Source of the DNA: Octopus vulgaris
Lineage: Eukaryota
Assembly (NCBI GenBank): GCA_951406725.2
Contig: OX597817.1
Location: 100,688,001 to 100,752,000, forward strand
DNA length: 64,000 bases
Reading direction: 5' to 3'
Positions 1 through 14,485 of this stretch are shown piece by piece. How positions within the stretch are numbered: position 1 is the stretch's first letter; each line of letters starts with the position of its first letter. A model generated the notes under the pieces. The model had not been told where the DNA came from. It saw only the letters and a list, made by a program, of their open reading frames with translations, and ran no database searches. The translations under genes and the position numbers were made by a program.

Positions 1-882
1 GGTGATCTTTTTAATGATAGTTTTCCTCACCTTTGTTATGTTGGAGGTGAAGGTGGTTAGTAATTTGCAGAGGTAGTAAGGCTCAACTTCCTGGGTGCAG
101 ACTGCATTCAAGTGTGTTTTCATGGCATAAGATAGATCTCCGAAGAGAAATATTTGTTTAGAATGTGCTGTTTGGTTGTGATGGACGCATGAAATGGGTG
201 GGTTGAAGTCATCGGAGAAATTTTGTGCTTGACAAGATTGTTTAAATTGCATTTTAGATTCTTTACTGAAGCAAACAAAAATGGATGTTTTTTTTTATTT
301 AAACACGAAACTAATCTTTATTGTACGTTTTCATCACGGAGAATTTTTTAGTCATATTTATACATGAGCTGTAGACAAAGAAGATTAATAAATAAAAATT
401 GGACTTGGAATCTAACAATATGCGCTTTAGTACCGACCTGCTCTGAATAACAGAAGAAAAAGCATATCCATTGGCCATGGATAAGTTATAGTTTAAACTC
501 ATAAAGATCAATAGAAATACATTTTCATTAACGTCTATTGATTGTCATGTTTAAAAAAATGTGTAAAATGCCAATATGATGTAGAAACAATTTGTTTGCA
601 GACAAACATTATCGTTTCTAACCGCGAAAGCATTTTATTTGAAATAGAAAAAAAAAGAACAATGCAAACCAAATTTCAGGATTCCTCAGCTGGGCGAAAG
701 AGCTGAATGAGGCTCATACGCTTAATGTTCAGTTAGACAAAATCATAATGTTTTATCTTGGGAATAAAACAGTTTTGACTTAGCAGAACTAGTAGCAGGT
801 GAAAAAATAAATGGGTTTAGTTGAATGTGGCAAACAGTTAGTAAGATCAAGAGTCGGAGACTGCTGGAAAGTGAGAGAAAGG

Positions 883-918
<36 letters not shown>

Positions 919-1735
919 GAGTGAGGAAGAGTGGTAAAGAGAGCAAGGGAAATTGATATACAATATTATTGAGCAGTATTTCAGTAAAGAATAATTTTAC
1001 ATCTTCATTATGCTTGTTTGGAGTTGAAACACATTTTTACCTATGCAAATAAATTACAATTGTTGTCACAAAAATTAGATTTTAACGAAGGGAAGTGTGA
1101 AAGGGGATTTATTGCGTGGAGACAGAATCGGAGAAAAAGTAGTGGAAAACATATTTTATCTGTTGGATTACTACTCAAAATCCCCTATACAGACGTTTTG
1201 GTTGGGGATTGTTGAGCAGGGCTCAGCTAAGTGTGGTGTTGGTGGTGGGATAAGTATTGGGTAGCAGGGCTCAGCTAAGTTGAAATTTTGTCAAAGAAAC
1301 CAGAATGCAGTGCTACAGTTGATGAAGAATCTCTAATCAAGAGTTTTAGTTATGTGGGGCATGAGACGGAACATGAGTAAAGAGTTGGTAGAGATTAAGG
1401 TTGAAATTAACTGGATCTCTTCAATAAGCAAAAGGTAAAAAAGTGAGTAAAATAGTTTTGAGACGTGAGGTATGTATTCAGAAGATAGTGTCAAAGCTTG
1501 AAAGTGAAAAAACTAGAATTCCATTCCTACAGAAATCATTCTATGTTCATGTGGTGTGCTTTTTTGCAAGCCTCTAGTTACAGTACTTTAAGTTGAACAA
1601 CACAACCTTGCATATCTCGAAAGCTCTTCAGAGTTCTCTGATTAAATAAGTTAATAATGGACGACATCATATGACACAAGATAATTAATTGCTAGGTTTT
1701 GATTCAGAAGATAATAGAATCAAAAAACAAACAAG

Positions 1736-1960
<225 letters not shown>

Positions 1961-2560
1961 CACTGCAGCAGGTTCAGCATGGCCTTTAGGTTTAATTAGT
2001 CCATTTAAGTTTGTTCCCTTATTTAATTTTGATTCAATTCTAATCATGTTTTGACCTCAAGCAAGAATGAAAGCAACCTGTCATTATCATATTCTCCGCA
2101 TTGTAGTTTTAAAATATCTGAAGTAATTAAATAATTAAAAATTAATAATGCTCATTTATTCTATTTCTAACCGTGCTGAACATCTAAGCTTGCAAGAGCG
2201 AACTGTTGCCATTTCTTTTCGGTGTAGTGTTTTAATAATTTAGTATTTTACACTCCAATTTTGGAAGATGCATTACAGCATTAATTGATGAGCGCCTAAA
2301 ACGCAGTTTTAATAACCTGCTAAAGCTATTTCACTTCATTTACATTGCTAATGTCTAAGACAAATTCTAAATGACACGTGCCCATTTTAGTTTCCCTCAA
2401 ATTTTATAGGATCTTTATAACAGGTCAAAAAGATTTTAATATTACCGAATTAATGTTATTGATTTGGATGACAATTTATCTTAATAGCTTGTTTGAGGCG
2501 TGTTCTTCCTGAAAATGAAAAAAATAGAGATAAAGGAAGAAAACTAATGAAGTATATATA

Positions 2561-3051
2561 CGAGGGTAAGTCAAAAAGTAATGCGATTTTGTTTAGGACA
2601 GGTATAATTACCAACACAGGAAGATGTATCATACACCAAAATGAAGCTGGTCCTCTGTGGATCACATCCCTACCTCTCAACATAGTCACCGTTTCTCTCA
2701 ATAGCAATGTTCCACCTTCGAATGGGAGCATGTATCCCTGCCCCGTAAAATTCTGCTGACTGTTCTTTGAGCCACTTCTTCACTACAGTTTTCACTTCCT
2801 CGTCACTGGACTATCATCTCTTCGGCCCCATGAAAGAGGGTTTGAGAGGCAAACATTATTTCCGTGACAAGGAAGTGAAAACTGTAGTGAAGAAGTGGCT
2901 CAAAGAACAGTCAATAGAATTTTACGGGGCAGGGATACTTGCTCTCATTCGAAGGTGGAACATTATTATTGAGAGAGACGGTGACTGTGTTGAGAAGTAG
3001 GGATGTGATCCACAGAGGACCAACTTCATTTTGGTGTAGTATGATACATCT
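2561..3051. mobile_element. Mariner-derived foldback MITE (inverted duplication of transposase 3' end)
   Basis: Starts TA|CGAGGGTAAGTCAAAAAG; arms ~2622-2808 and ~2862-3051 are reverse complements; right arm encodes DYHLFGPMKEGLRGKHY...RWNIIIERDGDCVEK*, a mariner C-terminus. Confidence 0.85.
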
Positions 3052-3757
3052 TTAAGTGACAGCAACAAAAATCAACCAGTCACAATTTCCGCTGGTTTGC
3101 TTGCTCGTCAGCGCTCAATTCATGGACACAAGAAACGATTTTTTTACCGAATTGTTACTAGTGACGAAAAATGGTGCCTGTACATCGATATGAAGCAGCG
3201 TAAGGAATGGCTTAGCCCCGGTAAATAAGCGACACCGCGCGTGAAACAAGATCTTCACCGCGTAAAATGATGTGCGTATGGTGGGATTGGGAAGGGATCA
3301 TCCATTACAAATTGCTTGAACGGAACCAAACGGTCAACGCGGAAGACTCAACACGGCTATTCAAAAGAAAAGACCTAATCGGCAGCATGGAGTTCTACTG
3401 CACGACAACGCCCGTCCTCATATCGCCAATATGACCAAAGAAGCCATTCAAACACATGGCTAGGAAGTGCTGCTACACCCGCCGTACTCTCCTGATTTGG
3501 CACCAACAGATTTCCACCTCTTTCGATCTCTTTCAAATGCTATACTGATGCAGAATTGAGAGCTTGGTTGGATAAATTTCTCGAGTCGAAATCGGGTGAT
3601 TTCTACCAACGAGGTATTGAAAATTTTGTTGAACGTTGGGAAAAAGTTGTAAACAACAAGGGTGAATACATTATTGATTAATTAGTTGTTATTTTTTATT
3701 AAACCTTTTAAAAATTTTAATTAAAAAAACCGCGAGAACTTAGTTGCCAATTCAAAA
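3052..3757 (+). pseudogene. Mariner (DD34D) transposase pseudogene, 5'-truncated, with 3' end
   Basis: Translated motifs RIVTSDEKW, CVWWDWEGIIHY, LLHDNARPH, HPPYSPDLAPTDFHLFRSL, RWEKVVNNKGEYIID*; stops and frameshifts present. Confidence 0.93.
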
Positions 3758-3847
3758 TATATATATACCTCATTAGTTTTCTTTCTTTATCTTCTCTATC
3801 TCTGAATTTCTCATTCCCCCTCTCGTTCACTCTGTCTTTCCCTTTTG

Positions 3848-3862
3848 CTCTCTCTCTCTCTC

Positions 3863-3940
<78 letters not shown>

Positions 3941-4160
3941 CTTTATTTATCTTGCTCTATCTCTTTCACTCTCTATCCTTTTCTCTTTCTCTTTCTCTCT
4001 CTCTCTCTATACATATATATAGAGAGAGTGTGTGAAAGAGAGAGAGAAAGAAAAGGATAGAGAGAGTGAAAGAGAGGGCGAAAGAGAAATTCAAAGATAG
4101 AGCAAGATAAATAGATGATAGATGGAGAGAGAGATAAAGAAAGAAAAAGAGAGAGAATAA
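3848..4160. repeat. (CT)n/(TA)n/(AG)n low-complexity tract
   Basis: Directly visible. Confidence 0.9.
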
Positions 4161-4559
4161 ATTAAGGAATAGACGCATCTTTCTGTATATGTTTTGAGTT
4201 TGCATGCAATAGAAATTTATCTTGTCTTTAATACTGCAGAAGTCTAAAATTAGTGGTTCGTATATACTTGCTATTGTTATTTACCCAATTCGGCTCTGAT
4301 TGAGTAAGGCTGGTGATCAAATGCGTAGCAACTAGTCCTTCTTTCACAAGGACTTCATTATCCAATGTATCCCTTCTTTTTTCATGATATAGTACTTGAT
4401 GGGGATTCGTTTGTTATTTCTAGTAGGACAAAAAACAACCATATAAGCGCTCTGTTAATATATTATTGTTCTTGTTTAGCCCACATAGGTGTGTATTTTT
4501 ACGTAAAAAACTTCACACATTCGTGGTTTTTACTTATATAAAAAACTTAATATATATGT

Positions 4560-6334
4560 AACCAAAGATCTTCTTGATAGCAGAAAAAGCTCCGGAAGGA
4601 CAAACGACTTATTATATATAGATCAGCAAGTCTTTCGAGACGACAAAAGCAGGGCGAAAAACCTAGCTATAGCATGGATCGATTACCAAAAAGCATATGA
4701 TGGTTTGTCACGCTCATGAATATGTTGTCACACTCATGAAGATGTTATCCAGCTCCTATAAAAGAGTATGCCAAAATTGGGAACTATACTAACATCAGGC
4801 CAAGATAAGCCCGGCGAAGTCAACATAAGTAGGGAATATTTCAAGGTGATATACTCTCACCACTGCTATTTGTAGTTGGCTTTAGCCCTCTTACATTGAC
4901 CATGAAAGATGTTAAAGCATGCTATGAATTTAGCAGTGGAGACAATAAACCATCACCTCTTTATGGACGACGTGAAAAGATACAGGTCAGAAGAGATTAA
5001 ACTCCCAAATAAGACATCGATTTGAGTAATGAATGAGGGTGACTGTTACAGTGCCTAGGTGCATAAGTGATAGACATAATCCTCTGCAAAGAAAATAATT
5101 AGGCGAGAAACAAATTTATCATGAGAGTAAAAACGGTGCTACGCTCAAAAGTGAATGGAGGGAAAAACATCCCTGCAGTAAACACACGATCGGTATCTCT
5201 TATAACATATTCTGCTGCTTTCCTGAACTGGACTAAGGAAGAACTAAGAGACATAGATTGTAAAGCCAGAAAGACGTTGCCCATGTACAGGTTGCTACAT
5301 TCTAGAAACAACGTCGACAGATTATACTTGCCACGGAAGGAAAGAGAACTGACCTGAGATCAGTAGAAGACTGTGTAAAGATGGTAAAACGAGATATACA
5401 AGAGTATGTAAAAAACCACCCAGAACGACTGATTTTAGCTACCAGAGGAGAGAAGAAAGAAGCTGTGGAGACAGCAACGGAATACAAAAGAAGAAAACAG
5501 GAGCAAGAAATAAACATCCTAAGAAAAGAACTATACGGTCAGCATCTCAGACAAACGCAGGACGTACCAGCAGAGGAGCTTTGGTTATGACTGAAGAATG
5601 GAGATCTTAAAAAAGAAACAGGGCTCATAATGACAGCCCAAAGCCAGTCATTGCAAACGAATATCATGAAGGCCAAAATTGACAAATCCGTGAAAAGTGC
5701 TAAGTGCAGAGTATGTAATAAGGAAGAAGAATCCATTATACACATAAGTTCTTGAACCTCTTTGGTACAGAAAGAATATAGACGCAGACACGACTGTGTG
5801 GCCAAGGCACTACTCTGGGACATATTACTGCAAAGATGATTCACAGTAGGAAGAAAATGGTACGAACATCAACCAGAAAGTGTAATAGAGAACTACCAGT
5901 ATAAGATTTTATGGGATTATAATGTATAGACTGATCACGAAATTCATGCTAGGTGACCAGATATTATGGTTCTTGACAAGGGGGGAAAAGTGCATCATCA
6001 TAGATGTGACTACATCTGAGGATATGAAGGTAGCGGTCGAAGAAAAGGAAAAAATTGGAAACTACCAGGATTTGGCTTGGGAAATACGACAACCGGGGAG
6101 GGTTTCTACAAAAGTAATCCCAGTTAATATTGGTGCCCTAGGTTCCATCACCAACAAACGTAACAGTTCCCATAATGAAATTGGTATAACAACAAGACTT
6201 GCATGAATACAGAATTCTGCTCTGTTTGGGAACAGCAAGGATTGGAAAAAACGTCCTCGATGTCTAATGGAACTGGTTGTGACCCGGTATCAAGAAAATT
6301 CATTCTGAATGGAAACTATTCGTGTACACCATGG
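4560..6334 (+). mobile_element. R4/Dong-clade RLE non-LTR retrotransposon, 5'-truncated and decayed
   Basis: RT motifs KNLAIAWIDYQKAYD, IFQGDTLSPLLF, FMDDVK; zinc knuckle CRVC..ESIIHI; EYRRRHD; RLE PDIMV..IIDV..EKEKIGNYQDL, VIPVNIGALG; followed directly by (CTA)n. Confidence 0.9.

Positions 6335-6431
<97 letters not shown>
6335..6431. repeat. (CTA)n microsatellite at 3' end of Dong-like element
   Basis: Directly visible. Confidence 0.97.
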
Positions 6432-6433
<2 letters not shown>

Positions 6434-6959
6434 TTCTTATATTTTCATAATGAGGTGTGACTGAAAATTACAAATAGAAATTACAAAAACGACGAAGATT
6501 TATGTAGAATCCATTGTAGAAAACAGACATCACTGAAGTTGGACTACCCTTTCTTCCAAGAGCAAGGACCCTCTGCTGTGGCTTACAAACGTATGCTAAA
6601 CGCGAACCTATTCACTTGGGTCATATATGCCATTCTCACCGACGTTTCACCAAATTTACCGGAGGGTAACACTTCACTCTCTCCCATCTCATTGATTTCT
6701 CCAAAGGCACACCCTTAAAGAGTTGGAGCTTACAGTCAACATAATACACTCCAGTAATCCATTTTATTGATCCTGGAAGGATAAAAAGTAAAATTTAAAC
6801 TGTTTAAATTTAAATTTAAAATTTAAAAGCAGCATTTAAACTCAGAAAATTATCCACTGTAAGAACATATTGCAAAGTTCTTCATCCAGTTCCCACTTAT
6901 GACTCTCTGTTGATTATGTCGTTGATGATGATGACTACCTAGGGCAAGCATCCTCTCTC

Positions 6960-7610
6960 ATCCACTGTCTCTCGATCTACAAGAGCATTAGATCACCAAA
7001 TTCGTCACTTTTACTTATCATTAAATTTATTGGTTTGGGAGAAGTATTTCCTTTCCACATTCACCTTCCTTTGTAAGTTAAGCTAGAAAAAGTTAATAAG
7101 AGACTTACAGGAAAGAAAATGATCTATTTTTAGTTCTTTCAGTCTCATTCATAACACAAACTTTTCTCACTAGAGACACCAAACAGAGAGGAAAACTGCT
7201 TGCCTTTCCCGGGAAAGGAGAGTGATGAAGAGATCTTCACGGTGAACTGATATACAGGCCTTTAGAGTTTATCACGAATCGGCAATGTTCATCTCTCACG
7301 GCCATGCCTGGGTTGAAAGTTTTTAGGAACTGGCCAGCTAGTCGATTCTCCTCGACACCTTGACTTTCCCCGAGAATGTTGTCAATCTCCACTAACACTA
7401 TAAGACGTCAAAGTGGAAATTCTACCAACTGTATTACCGACTGGTAGAGGGCTGTGAGTGTCTGACAGCATTACAAATGCCTGGCGGCCAGTCTTAATCT
7501 CCTCATGACATAAGAGTGCAACTCCGTCAAAGAGACGATCTGAGGAAAAGCGTGTCTGACAAAATGGTAATCACGCCTGCTATTTGTAGATATCTAGCCT
7601 TACTTATGTG
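6960..7610 (-). mobile_element. Tx1/L1-clade LINE 3' remnant, highly decayed
   Basis: Minus-strand fragments such as GVEENRLAGQFLKTF and LPIRDKL resemble the ORF2 C-terminal region; also resembles the element at 37697-39037. Confidence 0.5.
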
Positions 7611-7639
7611 TGCACATCAGGAACTACTTGTATACCGAG

Positions 7640-8200
7640 ACCATCCATGTCATTCTTCAGTTTATATAGTTACGTTCAGTGAAAGCAACCATATAATATT
7701 AGCCGCACCAGAGTTTTGTTATTCTGTATATAAGGCATTGATTAGTTTCTGAAAGGACTGCGAATCTTTGATCGTCGATGCTGTGGCGTGAATAATGGTT
7801 ATCACTGTTGTTATTCATCAAGGAATCAATACTGTTCATCTTAATATTGCTAGTTTTTACACTGTCGATGAAACATATTTCTTCATCGGTTGCCATTTCA
7901 CTTTTCCGATAGTGGACTGCTACCACCTCTGTAAAAAGATATTATCAAATATACTTTCTTTGAGTCCTTGTTCACTCCCGAAGACAGAAAAAAAGATCAA
8001 ATTCACAATAGTATAGTTTTTTAAGCCTCATAAATTACGTATCATCAAGGATATAATTTTGATTAATCAAAATTCCTTGGTTTTCTACATCTGGTGTGCT
8101 AGCACCCACTTTACTATTAGGTTTTCTTTATCGGAGTGATTTCTTTAATTTGCAACGCCACTGTGTGTTCATTCACAAATAATTCTATAAGCCTCTCTGG
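7640..8200 (-). pseudogene. Possible ancient piggyBac transposase remnant
   Basis: Colinear, frameshifted echoes of piggyBac motifs: LFVNEHTV (~SVDEQMV), KWVLA, IFDNIF (~FDNFFT), then a P.I..YN-like segment. Confidence 0.3.
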
Positions 8201-9827
8201 TCATATAGTATCTAAAATCATGCTCCACTGAGGAGGTCCCATATGAGCAAAACACGTCTCAAATTAGCACTCTCGACATACTGTTAAAGATCAGATTCAC
8301 TCCCCCACATTTCATATTTAATTGACTCTATCTTTCGGTGTTGTCTCGGTCCTTTCTTGATTAGAAGTACTCATTTAGAAAATGATTGCTTTCGTTAGTA
8401 AGGATGTATTTTTATTAGCTAGCATTTCCAAGAATGTTATACACATTATCGTATTGAGCAAAACACCTTGAGGATAGAAGTCAGTGGTAATAATCATCAT
8501 CTTTTGAATAACTGAAGGGCATAATTTTTGTGGTGAAAGACCTTTAAAATGACTCCGGAGTAATCTGTCTTGAATTTCTTAGAAAGAATTAATCATTTGA
8601 AGTTAATGATTTTTGATCTTCACTACAGATGTAAGTTTAATTAATCATGAAGTATATTCTTCCTAACTTAGTTATGTTTTTTCATTCAGAAAGTATCTTT
8701 AGGTAATTTCCCGATCATTTACATAACAAGCATATAATCTGAATCATTACCACATTTTTGATGCCAGCCATAAAGTAATTTTGTTGTATTTGAACACATC
8801 GTAATAGTACAAATATTTAAAAAAAAAGTCATTCTATGTAGTAAAGGTGACATACATCTACTGGATATCATATTCTCACACGATGAGAATGTGATGGAGG
8901 ATATTAGAGAGCAATGTAAGAACACGTTTAAAAGAAGAATCTTAAAAACTGGTGTAATTTGTTTGCCAATTTAGTGTCTGTGTATTCTAAAATTGTGAAA
9001 AATCATTCGCATCTTACATAAGCTAAAACCACATACTTTGATTAATTGCACCAGTGGTTATCCTGTACACTATCTTACAACTTTAAATCTAATAACTTGC
9101 ATATTTTTGCTTCTATTATTTGTTATGAATGCCTTATATATTTCTCTAGCTGTTCGCAATGCTAAGAACATAACCTACTATATGTTATTCTTGGTTTTCT
9201 TATATAAAATAGTTTTTTTAATTCACAGGAGGGATTTTCACTGTCAGAGAATTGTCATATTGAAGATCCACATTGGATATATATCGATCATGAGTATCCT
9301 ATTGAAGAATTACTCTGATTATACGCTCTCGTTAAAGCCAAAGCGTGCACACATGTAAATATATATACGCACACACACACATATATACATAAATATATAT
9401 GATGCGCGCGCGTGGGGATAAGTTCAAAATATTGACATCGAGGAACAAAGTAATATGAGAGAATTTTATCTATATTGATCCCACGCACTAATATATACGT
9501 TTGAAGTAGATTCTTGTCATCTGTATAAGGCTAGCTGTCATAACCTCTTGTTTAAATCTTAATTGATCTATTTATTACACATCACCAAGTCATGTTATCA
9601 GAATGCATAACACAAAAGAAACTCTGTTAACTATTCAACTAAAGTTCCTCACTTCACCAACCGATAGCTGCAACTTCAAGTCTGGTATTCTAATAATTTA
9701 AGGTTTCTATTAATCGAAAACTCTGATATATGAAACAAGTATTTGATATTATAGATTTAGTAGGTTTGCCTCTGAAAGGACTCTAAATATTTGTGGCTCT
9801 GTAAATATGTCTTTTAAAGTTTATATG

Positions 9828-10315
<488 letters not shown>

Positions 10316-10424
10316 CGTGTGTGTGTGTATGCGTGTGTGTGTGCGTGCTTGTGTGTGTGTGTATGTGTATGTGTGTAAGTCTACAAATATACCTCTGTGT
10401 CTGTGTATATATAAATTCGCCCTT

Positions 10425-10657
10425 TTAAACCTAGTCAGGGTCATGGGCCCAGTTTCCTGGTTTCTATGGCGTATGTGTTCTCCAGCTGGACGGGACGCCA
10501 GTCCATCGCAGCGTTACTCATTTTTGCCAGCTGAGTGGACTGGAGCAACGTGAAATGAAGTGTTTTGCTCAAGAACACAACGTGTCGCCAGGTCCAGGAA
10601 TCGAAACCACAATCTTACGATCATGATGCTGACACCCTAACCACTAAGCCACGCGCC
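10425..10657 (-). mobile_element. tRNA-derived SINE with V-domain-like core
   Basis: A box TGGCTTAGTGG, B box GGTTTCGATTCC, then TCTTGAGCAAAACACTTCATTTCACGTTGCTCCAGTCCACTCAGCTG. Confidence 0.85.
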
Positions 10658-10669
10658 TACACACACACA

Positions 10670-10726
<57 letters not shown>

Positions 10727-10727
10727 G

Positions 10728-10812
<85 letters not shown>

Positions 10813-11599
10813 CAATTAATAGGAGGAGTGACCACTAAAGTGGATTCCTATTCGCTAGAAATAGACGTCAAATCGCCTTATTACAAAGAGTGTGTTTTCA
10901 AGAAAAAACCTAGCAAACGCCAAAATTTAAAAAATAAGCAAGGCAAATGAAAATTTACAAAATAAAATGATTCCCTACGCATCATGATTTCATTATTAAT
11001 ACTTGCAAAATGCAAAATGCAAGTATCTGTAAATCCTCAGCGTAGCTTGTATTTCAAAACATATTTCACAGAACTATACACAGAAACGTTACTATAAACA
11101 GCAGCTTGCAATGTTTCAAGAAAAAGGAGAATTATAATTGTCACTAGATATGACTTAGATGTTAGGAAACATCTACATTGCTAGAAATAAGAACTAAAGC
11201 GTTCTAATGCAGTATGTGCGCATGAATGAAAACATATACACAAACTGGGACCTTAATTGTCCGAAAAATGCCGATCGAGAATTCATATATATATATAATG
11301 AAGGGTAACATTAATTAATTAATTAGTAATTAATAATTCTACCAAGTAGTGTTCAACATGTTAAAAGGACCATTTATGGTAAACTTAAACATTACTTTAT
11401 ATAATTACGAGTATAATTATAATTAGGGTTCAGCAAAAGAAATATGCTTTGCCATATACCGAACTTTTAGAAATAGCAGCCAAAGAATTTAGCTATTTCT
11501 TCTACTATAAGAAGGATCTCCCAGACAATGTATACTCAAAAACAATTCACGTAGGCATAGAGGAAAAATAACGAAAATTCACCCGGTATTTGATTACTA

Positions 11600-11676
11600 G
11601 TGGACGCGTTTCTGAGTTTAATAGATATGGAGATGCAAGAATTACATTTCCATTCTATTATTCTCTTCCTCAGCAC
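11600..11676 (-). ncRNA. Type I hammerhead ribozyme, extended helix II
   Basis: GUG CUGAGGA a GAG..UAAUAGA AUGGA..UCCAU..UCUAUUA..CUC a GAAA CGCG UC CAC; GUC triplet. Confidence 0.78.
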
Positions 11677-11834
11677 AAAGATTTCAATATTTCAAATTAG
11701 AGAGCACTGAAGAAATCGAACATACCTATCTGATTCAAGTAACATCAGACAAACTATTTTCAACATCCAGTACCAACGAATTCAAAACATACGAATGAGG
11801 CTTCGTATTCTCCCTCACCCACCCACGTGTGTTG

Positions 11835-11970
11835 TCAAGCACCAAATTCCTGTAGTTTATTATGAGGGAGAGAATTATATTATCAATAATAATAAAGGGT
11901 AAAATTAAATACTAATTCTCTCCCTGATAACAAACTACAGATTTTTCTGTAGGAATTTGTTGCTCAACAA
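11835..11970. repeat. Inverted repeat (hairpin) in Penelope-like fragment
   Basis: AAATTCCTGTAGTTTATTATGAGGGAGAGAATTA pairs with TAATTCTCTCCCTGATAACAAACTACAG..GTAGGAATTT. Confidence 0.75.
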
Positions 11971-11995
11971 TATATACATATATATACATATATAC

Positions 11996-12030
<35 letters not shown>

Positions 12031-14329
12031 GATCCTCCCAAACTAGACACTAATATTTAAGCATTGTCCAAGCGTAATTAGGTTACGTTTGAAGAAAACC
12101 AAACAATACCAAAGTAAGTGATGTACACTATACTCTGAATCTACGAGTACTTTCTTCTTTACAATTATGGTTTCGACACCTGGGCAGCACCCTTCAATCC
12201 GGCGGTGTCCACATGGTTAAAAAAAGAAAATGCTGCCCAAGAATCCTTCAACTTTTCACTACAAGTAACAAAATATGAAAGAATATTCCCAAACAGTATC
12301 ACATTATAGTTAAAGCTCACTACATTGCAATTACTTCAACAGTTATGCCAGAACGAATATAAATATCCAGATGATATTTATACAATGAACAAAGGACAGT
12401 TTCATACTAACGGCCTCCATACTTGAATTCAGCGACCTGAGATGGTTAGATACTAATTTCCAGCTTATTACTAACATTATTGGTTTCTTCCTTGGTACAC
12501 AGAACCAAGCATGCTGCAAACTATTGGTTTCTCAACCGGCTCTATTGCTCTACCGTGTAATACTAGATAAAATCTATTCTAATTACGACACTTTGATAAT
12601 ATATTCGCCTTCCTGTTTATGTTGTTAATATATGGTACTTGTCGAAGAGACAACATTGCCATTTCTTCCCTAATTTACGTAAAGTATATTATATATGATT
12701 ATTGATAAGTTAATGTTGAAAGGGTAAATTCATCTTTTTCGTCAGTTACCATATGTAACTGGACAATACTGAAGCATTCCTCTCAACCTCGTCCCTGAAG
12801 ATAGATGTATAACTGAGGGAACAAATTTTAAATCTGTATTCATATAAATATAGCATTTTTCTGTTATTACGCTACCCGTCTGCAGTTTTAATCTAGTTGT
12901 GTCCGGCTATGCTTATAATTACACTTAAAATTAGCATATTATTCGAAATGATTCTCCAAAATAAAATTTACCCGTTATAACGCTGTCAACAATTTCCATA
13001 TAGTTGTAGGTAATGTTGACGGTATTTTTGCCAAGAAATTTGTGACTCTTATAATTAATACGTAAGGAAGGACAAAATATGTTTAACTATGTCTAATTTT
13101 ACAAATTTTCTAAGAGACGAGTTAAAGCAGTTGCTACGTTTTCTATGTTTGTTTCATTGCTGCGCCTGTTTCAATAACAAATTCACTCTAGTATTTTATT
13201 GTAATACTTAGAAGTTTTATCAGAGGTTGTTCAATAATATATTTAGTATTGTTTTACATTACGAACTGGATTTTAAATCTAATAGATTTGGTGTTGACTG
13301 CGGGGATTGTTAAAATACCTCTCTCTCTGTTTCTGTCTTTATTTCTTTACGCACATACATAGATATGTCTATGGATAATCATATATAATAAGCATATATT
13401 TACATATGTGCATGTATGTGTATACGTTCATATATACAGATGTATATGTGCACATACGAACACACAAACTTACACATTCTCTCTCTCTGACACATACGCA
13501 TGCACTCACGCATGCAAATACACACACACACAGGCACACACACATGCATATTTACAATGTGAAACCCAATAACTGAGCCATCTCGTGTATAGGCAAGAAT
13601 TTCATTAAATTTCTTTACGCTACATGATTAAAATTAAGAAACAAGGGGAAGTAGCCAATTAGTTGAGTGTTATAACAACGAGTATAATTCAATACATACG
13701 TTAAAATATATCACGACTTGGAGTTCAAGTGCTGCCGAACAAGAAATGCAGCCAACCCGAGGATATAAACTCTCTTTAGTGAAAGAATCTCTATAATTTG
13801 TGAACGTTCAGCATCCCAAAGGACTAATATTAAGTTATGTTAAATAAGTAAATGTTACTAGTTGAAGTATATCGGGAACATGACTAATTAGTAATTCAAG
13901 AAATAATTAAATTATTTTGTGTTATTACATGCATAATTTTGTGATGTTATATTTATATAGTCTATATAAAAATTAGCAGTTCAAATATTTATAAAAAGTC
14001 GTGATATAGCAACTCTTACCAGACGTGTCGATAGATATTCACGGTTATTCAAGTGATTTTTAAAATAGCTGTATACAGTAATCTTTACCAAAAGTGGATC
14101 AAAAAACTCTACATCAATGATATTCCCTTTCATTTGTTATTCTGTTAAATAAACTAATGATCACTATATTATTTATATGAAGTGTTATGAAGACTGTGGG
14201 CAACTAAAATTTGCCTTTGTTGTTGCTTTTGGTTATTTCCTTAAACGTGGTCCACTAGTTTTGAAATGTAAGCTCAAATAACACAATGGAAAACATACAG
14301 CCAAGTCTAGACACGGCCATTCCTATGTC

Positions 14330-14485
14330 AAGGCATGGTTGTATGTAATTCTTTTTGCAACTACGTAGTTTAAGCTTCAAAGCCACTCTGTCGCACCTTG
14401 AGGCAATGTCTTCTACCATAGTCTCGTGTCACAATGAAATTTGAATAAAATTTACTTGATAAAATTATGAGGAATCCTGTCGTAT
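14330..14485 (+). mobile_element. Degenerate copy of the SINE at 48608-49020
   Basis: Residual GCACCTTGAGGCAATGTCTTCTACCATAG and CCTGTCGTAT segments. Confidence 0.5.

Noticed and set aside
608-692. Minus-strand CUGAGGA...GAAA hammerhead-like pattern
   Set aside because: Helix I does not pair and helix III is poor; at best a very old remnant
1215-1280. 18-bp direct repeat AGCAGGGCTCAGCTAAGT with 30-bp spacer, superficially CRISPR-like
   Set aside because: Only two units, no cas genes, eukaryotic context; likely a local duplication
7699-7926. 75-aa minus ORF after a good splice acceptor
   Set aside because: No recognisable protein; better explained as part of a decayed piggyBac-like remnant
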